A DNA stretch of 64,000 bases from Chamaesiphon sp. (GCA_965246715.1 CBDFFH010000009.1:32001-96000), one strand, 5' to 3'; counted from the stretch's first letter, positions 31,191 to 43,665 are shown. Made by a program: numbers and translations. Notes: a model not told the origin generated them from the letters alone.

Positions 31191-32678
31191 CAGGGTGAAC
31201 GCACTTAAATTTCCTACTATTTAAAATCCTCGCAAATCAGTTGCAGATTTGAATTACGAAAAGTATGAAAGCTTTAATGGTAAACAAGTATAGCCAGTTA
31301 ATTATGTTATATTTATTGGAAATTCAGATCGCGTCAAATGAAGCTAAAGCCAAGGCATAGTATCGCAGAACACTTTGGTGACATAAAAGACATTAGAATT
31401 GAACGGGGGAAAAAACACAAACTAATCGATATTATCACGATCTCGATTTGTGCAGTAGTATGTGGAGCAGATGGATGGGAAGACATAGAGCTGTATGGCA
31501 TCACCAGAAAAAAATGGCTGGAGGAATTTCTAGAATTACCGAATGGGATACCATCTCACGATACATTTGCACGGGTATTTTCACAAATTAATCCTGAAGA
31601 ATTCAATAAATCTTTCCTGCATTGGATTAAAGGAATAAGTAAAATAACAGCAGGAGAGATAATCGCATTTGATGGAAAACAATCTCGAAATTCAAGAGAC
31701 GAAAAAAATGGTAAAGGAGTAATTAATACGGTCAGTGCTTGGGCAGCAAGTAATAGATTAGTATTAGGACAAACAAAAGTCGAGAGTAAATCAAATGAAA
31801 TTACTGCATTGCCTGAGTTGATTAATGCCTTAGATCTAGCTGGATGTATAGTGACAATTGATGCAATGGGATGTCAGCGAGAAATAGTCAAGAAAATTGT
31901 CAAAAAAGAAGCAGATTATGTAATTGCTGTCAAAAAGAATCAACCAAGTTTATATGAAAGGGTAGAACAGCTATTCAAACAGGCGATTAAAACTCGTGGT
32001 GAAAGTCTGAAAACGCATAGCTTCAGCAGTAGAGAGATGAATAGAGGTAGAGAGGAAACTCGTAATTACCTAATGATATCAGACATTGCAACATCAATAG
32101 ATCCATTGCTAAAATGGCAAAATCTGACTAGTATTTGCATGGTAGAATCAGTTCGAGTTGTCAATGAAAAAACCAGCGTAGAAGCTCGTTATTTCATCAG
32201 TAGCTTAGAAGATAATGTTGAAAAACTAGCAGAAGCAATCAGAGGTCATTGGTCGATAGAAAATTCACTCCATTGGGTACTTGATGTTATTTTCAAAGAA
32301 GACATTAGTCGAATTAGAAAAGATAATGCTCCAGCTAATTTTGCTGTTTTAAGACATATAGCAGTTAATATAATGAGTCAGAACAAGAGTCGAAAACTAA
32401 GTGTTAGGAAGAAGCGATTTATTGCGAGCCTTGATGAAGAATATTCGCGCGAACTTCTAGAGGCTATTTTAGCCTAAATTTAACTAACCCCAGAGTATGA
32501 ATTTGGCTAAATATCTTTAGCCGCACTTTTGCCGGACTAAATTGAGTTAATTTAACCTCGTCTTTGGTTTCGATTTTATTGATATTGTCGTAATTGTAGT
32601 TAAGCAATCGAATATCATTAATCGCCTATTTTAGTGGCTCTCGATCGAAATAAATCCTGTTTTGATGCGTTCACCCTG
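31191..32678 (+). mobile_element. ISAs1-family IS; transposase 31338-32477
   Basis: IR cagggtgaacgca; 10-bp TSD ggtac(g/t)cggg; PSHDTF, IDAMGCQ, HWSIENSLHWVLDV. Confidence 0.95.
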
Positions 32679-33577
32679 GGTACTCGGGGAAAGTCGATCT
32701 TGAGAAATTCGGCGTAGCGGCTGCGGTAGCTGGGCGAGTGGAAGATGGCGTAAATATAGTAAAAGATGGCTTCGGGGGTGGGGAGATAGCCGAGATTTTG
32801 TTCGATTTTGGTGAGAAATTCTGACTTGAAATTTGTGGTGCGTTTTGATTTTATAATTGACTGCTGATTATTTTCATCATTTTCATCCAAACAATAAAGT
32901 GGAAATACACTTTCTCTGCCTTTGTTGTCAATGGCAAATGAACCATCGATTACAAGAGTATTTGACACACAAAACCATGTGTAGTCAGAATTTTCATTTG
33001 CTTGTCTTTTTGCTATTAACGCAATGTTATTAGACAATAAATGGCGCATGGTTTTTGCACCAGGAGTTCCAATGAACCCTCGACTTTTGCCACTGTACCA
33101 TGTCTGTCTAATATCAAATGGTCGGTATAAAATTGGATGGAAAGAGTTTCTATCTTTGTTTGTCAATAAATCTGCTCTAGCATTTGAGACCTTCCAATCT
33201 CTACTATCTTGACCGAGAGAATATTTGTTTAGGAGAATAAAGTCATCTAGTGATTGAAAATCATGTACAGATTCTTCTATTCCAAGACGATCGAAATGTA
33301 TGGAAACTTTGTCTCTTTCTGTTTTTACCCCTGACCCTAATATGTGAAAAATGTCTTTCAACGAAGTAAATTTGGTATATTCAGGCTCTAATGAAAAGTC
33401 TTTTGGTACGAAGAAAAAATGAGTTTTTGCGGGGGAAATTACATTCCAGCTAGTAGTATGAATGGACATCTTTTGAAGTGCAGAATATTTTTCAATTCTA
33501 AGTCCTTGCATACTTGAATGTTTTACAGTACAGTGCTTAACTGATTGTAAGCATCGAGAAAATATGTTGATTGATAC

Positions 33578-34451
33578 GTAAGCTCTCAATAAAAGCTGGC
33601 AGCCAAAAAAGCTGGTCGTGATAAAGACCAAAAATAAATGTACTCGCGAAAATAGTTTCCGAAAAAAGCCTAAATCGGAACGAGAATCTTCGCCGCAGCT
33701 TTAGCTCTAATCACATCGAACAATGATAGTACTTGCTCATTGCCATGTAATCTAGATGTGAGATAATTCCAAAACGAAATTCCTAACTTCCGGCAAGTCT
33801 TTTTCAAGCCAACGAATGTATCTCTAGCTTTTCTGCCTAGTTCAGAGCGTGTGCCGCCACTAATTTTCCGGCGAGTGACATATTCTCTAATATCGGTTTC
33901 TGCCGCATTGTTATGTAAGGGGAATTCTGGGCAATCTAGTACCTGTAGTAGTTCAATCTTATGATTTCTGATTTGATTAAGGACACCATTTAATAGCCCG
34001 TGACGAATATAACAACGCCCAAATACTTCATCAAATTTACTCTGTAAACTTAATGAAAATTCTCGGTTATGCTGCTGTTGATACTGTTTTAGCTCTTGAT
34101 AGTAGTTCCACTGGACTTGGCCGAACCTGCTCTTTTATCCGATTTTATCTCTTTCTCTTCGGGCTGATTTAGCAGACTGGCACTTAGTTTTGGCTTTCCT
34201 TTTAGTTTCTTTTTTGCTCTTAATTCTGCTTCTAATTGTTCTATTCTTTCTTTCTGATTTGTCAGTTGCTTGGATAGTTTGTCAATGAGCTTTCTTTGTT
34301 CTTCTACCAGCCGCCGCAAACCTTCTACCTCTGTGGCTAGGGTATTTGTTTGGGCTGGACTAGTTTCGCTGTTTATACTCATCTCTTTGTTAAACCAGAT
34401 TTTTGCTCTTTTGGCAACCCCCTAATTTACCAGCGTTTATTGAGACGTTAC
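33578..34451 (-). mobile_element. internally deleted IS66-like element
   Basis: IRs gtaagctctcaataaa / gtaacgtctcaataaa; 8-bp TSD attgatac; coiled-coil N-terminus (34089-34382) plus PLHNNAAETDIRE C-terminal piece. Confidence 0.8.
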
Positions 34452-35029
34452 ATTGATACCCCTTGCTGAATGTTAAATATATTTTCGTCTTTCGATCCAT
34501 CAGGGCATTTTTCTTTTTTCTTTGTACTTCCATGTAAGTCAAGTATCCAAATATCATCAAAACTATTCATTAAGCTTTCACGCATTCGCCTATGTGTTAT
34601 ACCATCTAAAAAAGTGTTATTGGAGATAAATGACACAATGCCATGACCAGTAAAATCAATTCGCCATTGAGCAGCTCTAATGAACTTAATAAAATCATCG
34701 TCTAAGTTAATCTTCTTCTCAATTAAATCTTTCTTATAATCTTTGATTAAATTACTAATTCATTCGCTAGAATTTGTAGAGCTAACAGAGTAAGGAGGAT
34801 TACCGATTACAACCATGATTGGTTTTTCTTGTTTGATATCGGCTGCTTGACTAGATTCTTCTGAAATAAAGCCTTCAATTAGTAACTCACTTTTCTTAGT
34901 AGGCGCATCCAAAGTATTAGTTAGATAAACGCCCAGCCTTTTACCAGCATTAAACTGATAACCAGTCTCCTCTAAAAACAATCCTAACTTGAGATGAGCG
35001 ATCGCATAAGGAGCCATTAACAACTCAAA

Positions 35030-36987
35030 TCAAGAAGGTGCTGGGACTGCCTGGTAAAAATAATAATGCAGCCGTTGCTACCGTATTTATTGAATTAATC
35101 AATGAAGCTTTTAAACAGCATCGGCTCTGGCGAGAAGATGGTGATTTCTCCACCTATTATCCATGGGCTGTTGAATTCAAAGCAAGATTGAATCAATCTC
35201 TGCAAACTTGGCTCTCTCAGGTTGGTTGTGCTGCTGGTTTATTGCTTAAATCCTTACGCGATAAGGCGGAACAATGGTGGTATTTTCTGGATGACCCCTC
35301 TGTTCCACCTGATAACAATTTGGCTGAACGTTCTCTTCGCCTAGCTGTAACTAAACGCAAAGTTTCGGCTCTTCACTAGTTAGTATGCCAAATTAATGAT
35401 TGAAGTGCCAATTAAGCAAGCATCTATTTCGGAAATTCTCAAAATTAGTAAATCCATATGCTGAACGTTTGATTAGTTTTAGCTTGTTATTAATTCCCTC
35501 CACTACTCCACTAGTTGTTCCATTGTCAAAATAAGCCAGTATTTCATCAAACCATCGATAAATTGTCCCTTGACTTTTGACAAAATATTTTTGAGCTTTT
35601 GACAGCCATTCCCCTAAGCCTAGTAATCCCTCATTCCAGTTTTCCTTTTTCTCAAATATTTCTCGAAAATCCTCTTTCAATTGATGCATTTTTCCGAGCT
35701 GACTTGATACATTTTTTACCTGAGCTAGCTTGTCTTTCTGTTCTTCATTTAAGTCTTCTTCGTTTTTCAATATTGGATACTTACTATTAGTTATTCCTGC
35801 TAATATAGCCGCTTTCTCCGCTTTTTCTTCTGGGGTTTTTGCTTGCTTTATTTCTGCTTCGATTTTTCGCTTCTCCTTCTTTCTTTCTCCATCTAATTCT
35901 TGATTTATTTGTACCATTATATGGAATCGATCTGCTACTATCTGAGCTTTTGGCATCATTTCTATTGCTAGACTTTTATATCCCTGCCATAAGTCTATGC
36001 TTACTTCTTCGATTCCTTCTAATACCTCTGACCCCCACTCTCTCAGGACTTTCTTAATTTCTTCTTTGGTTCTTCCCTCGATAATTGCCAATAATTTAGA
36101 ACGATCTATGTCTATTAATACTGCACAATATTTTCCCTGCCCTTTAATCAATGCTATTTCGTCTATCCCTAATCTTTTTAATCCTATTGGTTTTATTTTT
36201 GATAAATCTCCTGATGCATCCTTTAGCATTCTTTCTATTTCTTTCTCTGTTACCTTCCCCTTCTTCGCTACACTCCTAATGTCATCTGCTAATACTTCTT
36301 CTATTATCCGATCTGCTAATCTTTTCGTGTATCTTCTTCTTGACTTGACAAATTCTAATTCTTCGCTAAATGGTTTCTGGCATTTTTCGCAGTTGAATTG
36401 TCTTCTATTTATTTCTAAAAATACCGCTTGCCCTCCCCAATCCAAATCTTTGATTATTTGCCGATGGTTTTGGTGTAACTTGTCGCTTTTCAAACCACAG
36501 CGTTGGCAAACACTTATTTTTTCGCTCGACTCAACTCCTAAAATTATTCCAATTCCTTCATGTTGGTGCTTGGCATTTACTTTTACTCCCGCTAGATTTA
36601 GTACTTCTGTTAGTAGTTGTATTTCCTTTTTGGTGAGCATTTTCTTCTGGTTTGTCTCAAGATCGCTTTCAATTAGATTATACTTAATAACAAAATGCCC
36701 CCAATGTCAATTATCACTCCACTTTTATGGCAATTTCACATATTGATTAATTTCTATTTGCCACATTTGCTATCGATCGAGCATACTAAGTAGTGAAGAG
36801 CCAAAGTTTCTAGCGGCTCTCGTTCGATGGCTCGATTTCAACAAACTGCTGATTTGCTCAGTGTTATTCAAACTTGTCGCTTTCAATCTCGTTCTGCAAT
36901 GGCTTTTTTCCGTGAGGCTATTTCTGCCCATTCTTGTCACTTAGCTATGCCCTCTCTCATTCCCCTTTCCTCAACCTGAATCCTTAC
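35030..36987 (+). mobile_element. IS66-family transposase 3' fragment, itself interrupted by ISL3; marks the accessory/core boundary
   Basis: VPPDNNLAERSLRLAVTKRKVS continues after the ISL3; end cctgaatccttac. Confidence 0.8.
35367..36802 (-). mobile_element. ISL3-family IS; transposase 35393-36640
   Basis: IR ggctcttcacta(g/c)ttagtatgc; 8-bp TSD aaagtttc; GIDEIAL, DRFH. Confidence 0.95.
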
Positions 36988-37003
36988 GGAGAAATCAGCA
37001 CAG

Positions 37004-37771
37004 CTACCACGGTAAACGGCTACCATCCCAATTAAAGAATTCACCACTATCCGTAGATTCTAACCGATCGATGACTGCCAATAATTGTGCCACAGTACGA
37101 TCGACAGAAAATAGTTTCTCTGGCGGGACATTGCGTTGAAATGGTAGCGATAATTGAGTATCTGTCGTACCGGGATGTAGGGCGATGACAATTGCTTGGG
37201 GACAAGTGCGTTTATACTCGATCGAAGTTGTTTTGATAAACATATTCAGTGCGGCTTTTGATGCCCGGTAGCCATACCAACCGCCCGCTTGATTATCGCC
37301 AATACTACCAACTTTAGCGGAAATAGTCGCGACGATCGATCGATGTTCGTGTTTTAATAATGGCTGAATGTATTTAAACAATAACATCGCACCAATACTA
37401 TTTACCTGAAAATAACGTAACAGTCGATCGGCATCAATCTGACGCAAACTTTTCTCAGGTTGGATTTCGCCTTCATGCAAGATCCCGACTGAATTAATTG
37501 TATAGTGCAGCGTTTCCGTCTCGGATTGAATTTTGGCGATCGTTGCGGCAATTTGGGATTCATCGGTAATATCCATTTGGATACACTGCAATCTATTGTC
37601 GGTAATTGTCAGTAATTCCGTGGCTGATTCTAGCTGTCGATATGTGGCATAGATCCGGCTGAGATCTTTTCTAGCTAAGAGTTGACGGACGAACCCCAAC
37701 CCGATTCCTCTCCCACCACCTACAACTAATGCTGTTTTTAAAAACTTGCTATCTTCAACTAAATTCAACAT
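37004..37771 (-). CDS. short-chain dehydrogenase (C-factor/CsgA-like)
   Basis: GGGRGIG, YRASKAALN, LHPGTTDT. Confidence 0.9.
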   Translation of the reverse strand: MLNLVEDSKFLKTALVVGGGRGIGLGFVRQLLARKDLSRIYATYRQLESATELLTITDNRLQCIQMDITDESQIAATIAKIQSETETLHYTINSVGILHEGEIQPEKSLRQIDADRLLRYFQVNSIGAMLLFKYIQPLLKHEHRSIVATISAKVGSIGDNQAGGWYGYRASKAALNMFIKTTSIEYKRTCPQAIVIALHPGTTDTQLSLPFQRNVPPEKLFSVDRTVAQLLAVIDRLESTDSGEFFNWDGSRLPW

Positions 37772-37774
37772 ATT

Positions 37775-39205
37775 TTAAACTCCAGATCGAATCTTATTTA
37801 ACAGCGCATTAAAAGGTTCCCAATCATTATTTTGAGCGATCGGTTCCCAAATTGCTTCGATTTGCGGGCGTAGTAAAATAGTCTGGGGATTCGATCGGCT
37901 TAAAATATTTCCGACCGAGTTAAGCTCGGATTCAGACAACTCGCTCAGTACCTGATGATAAAGTTGCAGCCAATTTTGATGTTGAGAATTTGCAATAACT
38001 TCTGGCAGGAGTTCGGTTTCATTTAACACATAATTGAGATCGTTCTGCCATCTGCAATTGAATGCCTGGGACAAATCGAAGAAAAACTGATGATATCCGA
38101 CCTGAGTATCGGATAATAGTTGCAATGTCGCAACTAATAAGTCGTCGCGTTTAGGTGTGGTGGCACCTTCTAACCCCAACTTTTGCAACATCAATTGTTT
38201 ATAAGCTGTAAAATAATACTCCTCAAATTTTGCCAAAGTTACCTGCATCTCTGCTTTGTCGATAACTGCACCTAGCGGCTGCTGGAGTAGTTCTAAATTG
38301 AGCTTACAGATGCCAGGTTGGTTGCCGTAACTGTAACGGCTATAATAGTCGAAATAGGCGGCAGTAAATTCAGGATTATAAGTGGGTAAAAAGGCATAAG
38401 GCCCATAGTCGAAACTCTCCCCCGTAATCGACATATTATCGGTATTGAGTACTGCATGACAAAAACCAGCAGCCATCCATTGCGCCACCAAGTTGGCAAC
38501 TCGCCGAACTAATTCATCATAAAATCTGGCATAGCGATCGGTTGCGGGGACTGCGACCAGATGTGGATAATAGTAAGTAATCACATGGTCTAATAACTTG
38601 CGAATCAGATCTGGACGCTTGAGATAATTCAATCGCTCGAATGTCCCAAAGCGAATGTGCGATCGACTGAATCTCACCATCACTGAAGACCGCGTCGGCG
38701 AAGGTTCGTCGCCACGCCATAAGTCCAAACCTGTCTCTACCAGACTCAAACAGCGCGAAGTTCTCACCCCCATTCGATGCAAAGCTTCCGCCGCTAACAC
38801 CTCCCGCACGCCGCCCTTGAGCGTCAACATCCCATCGCCACCGCGTGAGTATGGCGTGCGTCCCGAACCTTTAGTCCCAAAATCATAGAGTTCGCCATCG
38901 ATTCCGCGTACTTGTCCGTACAAAAATCCCCGTCCGTCGCCCAATCCAGGATTGTATTCGCCAAACTGATAACCGTGATAGCGTAAAGCGAGGAATGAAT
39001 GTGGTGGATTTTCGAATTTCCCAAACGCTTCAACAAAATGCTCGTCGCTTACCTGTTGGGGGTCTAGTCCCAGTTTGACTAATACATCATCATTGCGAAA
39101 GCGTAAGATCTGTTTGGGAAAGTCGGCTGCTACTACGTCATCATAGTAGTCGGTACCCATCGATTCCATTGCTGGTTCGTAGTTGAGTGCGAGAATAGGA
39201 TTCAT
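37775..39205 (-). CDS. selO: SelO/YdiU protein adenylyltransferase
   Basis: [38 protein letters not shown]; probable start 39205. Confidence 0.92.
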   Translation of the reverse strand: MNPILALNYEPAMESMGTDYYDDVVAADFPKQILRFRNDDVLVKLGLDPQQVSDEHFVEAFGKFENPPHSFLALRYHGYQFGEYNPGLGDGRGFLYGQVRGIDGELYDFGTKGSGRTPYSRGGDGMLTLKGGVREVLAAEALHRMGVRTSRCLSLVETGLDLWRGDEPSPTRSSVMVRFSRSHIRFGTFERLNYLKRPDLIRKLLDHVITYYYPHLVAVPATDRYARFYDELVRRVANLVAQWMAAGFCHAVLNTDNMSITGESFDYGPYAFLPTYNPEFTAAYFDYYSRYSYGNQPGICKLNLELLQQPLGAVIDKAEMQVTLAKFEEYYFTAYKQLMLQKLGLEGATTPKRDDLLVATLQLLSDTQVGYHQFFFDLSQAFNCRWQNDLNYVLNETELLPEVIANSQHQNWLQLYHQVLSELSESELNSVGNILSRSNPQTILLRPQIEAIWEPIAQNNDWEPFNALLNKIRSGV

Positions 39206-39316
39206 GAGTTCGGGGATAGGATAGAGATTGGGGGATAATAGTTTAAAAGAGTTAATGATTAATTGTAGACAAGTAGTTATCATCAGCCTAATTCATAATT
39301 CATAATTCATAATTTT

Positions 39317-39574
39317 ATGTCTGACTCTTTAATGTTCGATAATGATGCTTATGTCTTATTAGAAACAGATCGGCCGGAGCAACTACTGACTCCAGCAGAA
39401 ATGTCCGATAAGCTTAAAGAAATTGTTGTTAAATTTACTGACGATCTGCCTGAAGATGTCCGGCGGATCGCTGGTGTAGACGAGCGCGTGCGATACCTCT
39501 TAGATACCAGCTGTGAGCTAAATCTAGCACCAGGAGAATATTTGCAATGGTATGCAGTTAGGTTGGAAAAGTAA
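39317..39574 (+). CDS. chlororespiratory reduction protein 7 (CRR7)
   Basis: YVLLE..EQLLT..E...LLDTSCEL....YLQWYAVRLEK. Confidence 0.85.
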   Translation: MSDSLMFDNDAYVLLETDRPEQLLTPAEMSDKLKEIVVKFTDDLPEDVRRIAGVDERVRYLLDTSCELNLAPGEYLQWYAVRLEK

Positions 39575-39579
39575 TTAAA

Positions 39580-40134
39580 TTACGTGGCTGAATCGACGAT
39601 TAGCGTAACGCTAACTTCTTCATCTTCATCGGTTGGTGCGATCTTAGCCTTAACACCAGGGCCAAAGAATTTAGCGATTTTCTCGCATTTATCTTGCCAA
39701 ATATCAATTTTAAAAAAAGGAGAATAAAACTCTAGAATTAGGGCATAAGCACCATCGATCTCGGTTTCTTGAATTCCTTTTAAAATCGGTCGATCGTCAT
39801 CGCTGGGCGCGAGACCTAATTTTTCTAAAGCTACATCTAAATGAGCTTCTTGACCGTACCGAAATCGGGTAACATCTTTGCGTAATTGATTGAGCGTAGG
39901 TGTCGCTTGTCGATCGCGCAGTTTGAGCAGGCTCGGGGTGGTAAGTTGCGTAAAGGGGACGGGTTCGAGTTCGGCTGACTTGAGTGCCAGACCGCCAAGG
40001 AAAATCGGAATGCCGTAGAAGAAGCCGATTAGATTGAAGGTCGGGTCGTGAATCGCATAGGCAAAAAAGCCAATGAGTGCGAGCAACCCACCAAAATTTA
40101 TCAGGACTAAACTAAGTGGAATTTGACTGAACAT
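39580..40134 (-). CDS. DUF2854 membrane protein
   Basis: FYGIPIFLGGLALKSAEL, DVTRFRYGQEAHLD, FFGPGV. Confidence 0.85.
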   Translation of the reverse strand: MFSQIPLSLVLINFGGLLALIGFFAYAIHDPTFNLIGFFYGIPIFLGGLALKSAELEPVPFTQLTTPSLLKLRDRQATPTLNQLRKDVTRFRYGQEAHLDVALEKLGLAPSDDDRPILKGIQETEIDGAYALILEFYSPFFKIDIWQDKCEKIAKFFGPGVKAKIAPTDEDEEVSVTLIVDSAT

Positions 40135-40277
40135 ATCGATCGAATTTAAGACTAAAGCCTTTTTATTATCAACTAACTCGCACTGCTGTTGCTAGCGAAC
40201 ACTCATAGATCGACAAATAGTAAATAAAAAATTATCGAGATCGAGCTTTTCGGGACTAATTTGGGAAAAATCTAAAT

Positions 40278-43088
40278 ATGGGCGGTGCCTTGGGCACATC
40301 ACCTGTCACCCACCAATTTTTGGACACAGCAATCATGAGTGTAGATCCCCAAACTCAGCGCTTATTTGACGCGATCTCAGCAGCTAATTACGATCGCGTC
40401 AAACACTCGATCGATTCAGGAGCCTCAGTCAATCGCCCAAATGTTTTGGGACAGACACCTTTAGCGATGGCTTGCCAGCAAAGTAATCTGCAGATCGTCG
40501 ATCTGTTAGTCGCGGCTGGCGCTCAAATGCAGGTGGATCGAGCTTCAACTCAGTCAATCCAAGTCACATCTGCTGGTGCCCCGGCACAACCTGTGTCAGC
40601 AGCGACAGATAAACTGTCCCCGTCAGAGCCGCCGCGCCAATACCAACAAGAATCCACTTTACCCACAATGCCCACTGCTCGGGAAGATCTGAGCATTAGC
40701 GGGCTTCCAGAGGGAAGTAAGGAAATTGCTTATGATAATTTGATCGATCTCATCCATCAACCCACCAAAAATAGTCCGACGGAAATTGATGAGTCGATCC
40801 AAAATGATAATTTAATTTCTCCACTCGATCGACCCCTCGTACTAGATCGCGAACCCACACCTCCAGCAGGTAGCTTACCAACTTTACAGTCAGCGCTAAA
40901 CCATGCTGCAATTTCCAACCAGAATTTTACCCAGGCAGAGCGACAGTGGGAAGATTTTAGTTCCGATTCTGAAACTACTTATACCTTCGATCTCGATGCT
41001 GTCTTTGCGGAGCGCGATAATGCAACTATGGCAGATTCGCTCGCAGATCTCCGCGCAGACGTATTTGAGCAAGAACTAAAGATAACTTCGATTTCACCTA
41101 CCCCAACCACATTAGCCGCAGGTGAAACCCCAGCTTTCGATCTCAGTCCCGACTTCGCGCAATTGATGGCTGAGGGACAAGTAGCCGCTGACGAGAGATC
41201 GCTCTCCATGGGCGAATGGGAAGCGGAGGAGACTTATGCGATCGGACTAGAAGACTTCGAGGGATTGGGATCGCTGCGAGTGACCGAACACGATCGGGTT
41301 GTCGATGTATCGCGGTTATTATTAGCCGATGACGATCGCTTTTTACCCGCCGATGCCTTTGAAGAAGGTGAGACTTATGCGATCGATCTCGACGATCTCG
41401 CATCTTACGAATTGGTGGATGGCAATACTAGCGTTCGGGTCGAGCGGCACTTGCTAGCCGATATTGATTCGAGCCTGTTTCCCGCTCTGGGCGGCGAAGA
41501 TGGGGACGAACGACCAGATTTCGATCCAGACACTCAAACTAGTACGGATATCTTCGGACAGAGCAAAGACGACAGTGGCGATCTGGCGACCATCGATAAC
41601 GAACACGCCACCAATACCTCATTAATGGCAGCAATCGTCGAAGGGGATCTCGAACTCGCTCAACAAGCGATCGAAGCTGGAGCTAATCTAGATCGTTACG
41701 ATTGGCATCTGGGTTATTCACCCCTGGGAATGGCGATCGATCGCGGACATGTCGAGATCGTGGAATGCCTGCTAACTGCTGGAGCTAACGCTCACTATGG
41801 GAGTACTGCCAGCACGGCATTAGGTCTAGCAGCAGAACGCGGGGAGGTGGAGATCGTGCAAATGCTCTTACCTCGCGGTATCGATATCAACGAACCTGTC
41901 GGTCTCGATAACTGGACGGCTTTATTAGCCGCGATCGAGCACGGACATAAATCAGTCGTGCAATTATTAGTAACTGCTGGTGCAAATGTCAATATTTGGA
42001 GTCGGGGACAAACACCAATTCTCCTAGCCGCTAAACAGGAAGAACGCGAGATTTATAACTATCTATATCCCCTCGTCAATACCTCGATTCGACTGTATGC
42101 CGATCGCGATGGCGAGCAATTGCTCCAATCGACCCGCAAACGCCGGATTCGCGAACAAAATCGCCCGATTGAAAAGTTTATCAGTATGGCGCTGGAAGGG
42201 AATATCGATGAGGTCGAGCGGGCGATCGAGATCGGCATCGAAATCGATGAATTAGGTGCTAGAGGACATACCGCACTGATGGCGGCAGCTTATTACGGGC
42301 ATAAATCGGTTGTCAAGCGGCTGCTGGAGGCGGGAGCCAATCCCAATATCCTTAGCGATGATGATGGTTTGGGTAAGGGCATGACGGCACTGATGCTCGT
42401 GGCGGGAAGTTTCTTTGCTAGCAATCGTCAAGCGATCGCTAAACTACTAATTGCCAATGGTGCCGATGTCAATCAACAGGGGCTACGCGGTAAAACGGCG
42501 ATTGTTTATGCGGCATTGGCTGGTTCGGGATATCGGGACTGTGTCGAGACATTGATTGCGGCGGGTGCCGATCTCGATCTCCGAGACGATCGAGGGCATA
42601 CCGTACTGACATTGGTAGCTGCTGCGGAAAATTACCAGTTGCTCAATCTGCTGATTCAAGCTGGAGCCTCCACCGCCGGACTGGAATCGATTCAATTGAT
42701 TCAGGCTGCCACGGTGGGGAATGTCGAACGCGTCCGCTCGCTCCTAGCTACCAACAAGGTAAATCTCGATCTCGATCGAGGTGCGGCTATTGGCAATGCC
42801 GCCGCTGCAGGACATACTGAGATTGTCGAGCTATTGATTCAAGCTGGCGCGAATGTCAATTTAAGCAATCAGGCTGGCTTTACACCGATTGCTAGTGCCG
42901 CTTATGCAGGTTATGGCGAAATCGTCCGGCTCTCGATCGAGGCTGGTGCCGATATTCAAGCTCCTGCTAGTGAATCTCACAGTTATTCGGCACTAGAATA
43001 CGCTCAAATGGGGATGTATCAATTCGATCGAGAGGATCGCCAACACGCTCAGATCGTGCGACTGCTAGAACATTTGGAAACACTGTAA
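40278..43088 (+). CDS. ankyrin-repeat protein with a long acidic linker (start may be 40335)
   Basis: Many G.TAL..AA..G..EIV.LL..GA.VN repeats. Confidence 0.9.
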   Translation: MGGALGTSPVTHQFLDTAIMSVDPQTQRLFDAISAANYDRVKHSIDSGASVNRPNVLGQTPLAMACQQSNLQIVDLLVAAGAQMQVDRASTQSIQVTSAGAPAQPVSAATDKLSPSEPPRQYQQESTLPTMPTAREDLSISGLPEGSKEIAYDNLIDLIHQPTKNSPTEIDESIQNDNLISPLDRPLVLDREPTPPAGSLPTLQSALNHAAISNQNFTQAERQWEDFSSDSETTYTFDLDAVFAERDNATMADSLADLRADVFEQELKITSISPTPTTLAAGETPAFDLSPDFAQLMAEGQVAADERSLSMGEWEAEETYAIGLEDFEGLGSLRVTEHDRVVDVSRLLLADDDRFLPADAFEEGETYAIDLDDLASYELVDGNTSVRVERHLLADIDSSLFPALGGEDGDERPDFDPDTQTSTDIFGQSKDDSGDLATIDNEHATNTSLMAAIVEGDLELAQQAIEAGANLDRYDWHLGYSPLGMAIDRGHVEIVECLLTAGANAHYGSTASTALGLAAERGEVEIVQMLLPRGIDINEPVGLDNWTALLAAIEHGHKSVVQLLVTAGANVNIWSRGQTPILLAAKQEEREIYNYLYPLVNTSIRLYADRDGEQLLQSTRKRRIREQNRPIEKFISMALEGNIDEVERAIEIGIEIDELGARGHTALMAAAYYGHKSVVKRLLEAGANPNILSDDDGLGKGMTALMLVAGSFFASNRQAIAKLLIANGADVNQQGLRGKTAIVYAALAGSGYRDCVETLIAAGADLDLRDDRGHTVLTLVAAAENYQLLNLLIQAGASTAGLESIQLIQAATVGNVERVRSLLATNKVNLDLDRGAAIGNAAAAGHTEIVELLIQAGANVNLSNQAGFTPIASAAYAGYGEIVRLSIEAGADIQAPASESHSYSALEYAQMGMYQFDREDRQHAQIVRLLEHLETL

Positions 43089-43227
43089 AAGCAATTCCTC
43101 CGTTGGTAGTAGGGGCAATGTCTTGTCGGTTTTTTTATTCGGAGGGAACCTCCGAATAAAACCGCCGCTTCATGAATTGCCCCTACCAACGACCAACGAT
43201 TGGGTCTCATGCCTAACACCAAAAACA

Positions 43228-43261
43228 AACCCCGATCGAGAATTTAGTCTCGATCGGGGTT
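43228..43261 (-). terminator. hairpin downstream of ssrA
   Basis: aaccccgatcgaga / tctcgatcggggtt. Confidence 0.7.
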
Positions 43262-43271
43262 GATTTGGTAG

Positions 43272-43665
43272 TGGAGCTGGGCAGAGTCGAACTGCCGTCC
43301 GCCCTGGGTATTAACTTTCCGCTCATTCACAGGTATAGTCTATCTAATCCTCAAGACGGGAGTGACCAATTATCCCAGGTCGCAGGATGCTCTGATGAAT
43401 CTTAGCTAAATAATCTACCAGAGACGATTATTTAGAGCATCCGTTGAGGGTTATCTATAGTACTTAACGGAGTCGTACTATAAATGCTCGGACTTAGAAA
43501 TTAATCTTAAGTGTTTTTAGGCAGCTACAGGAGCGGCTTTACGAGCGAAAGGTACAATGTTGTTTGCATCTATATTTAGTTGAGCCGATATTAACGAGAG
43601 TGGACTCCCTCTCGACCTGTATCACAGTGCAGCGTTCGCCAACACGTCGAAACCTTTACAGCCCC
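43272..43665 (-). ncRNA. ssrA: tmRNA
   Basis: 5' GGGGCTGTAAAGGTTTCGAC; 3' GGACGGCAGTTCGACTCTGCCCAGCTCCA; tag ANNIVPFARKAAPVAA*. Confidence 0.97.

Larger units (their letters stand above)
30776..35029 (-). pseudogene. Type ISP/IIG-like restriction-modification enzyme (N6-adenine MTase plus C-terminal specificity domain), fragmented
   Basis: FELLMAPYAIAHLKL, VIGNPPY, DLHGS, LYRPFD, YRSRYAEFLKIDFPRVP, FHVGGYQVCHKWLKDRKGR; two IS insertions, TGA at 34760, frameshift ~31000. Confidence 0.88.

Noticed and set aside
35997..36746. 249-aa plus-strand ORF
   Set aside because: Antisense shadow of the ISL3 transposase
43272..43300. ssrA 3' end as island integration site
   Set aside because: No duplicated 3' end and no integrase in the window; flanks are core genes
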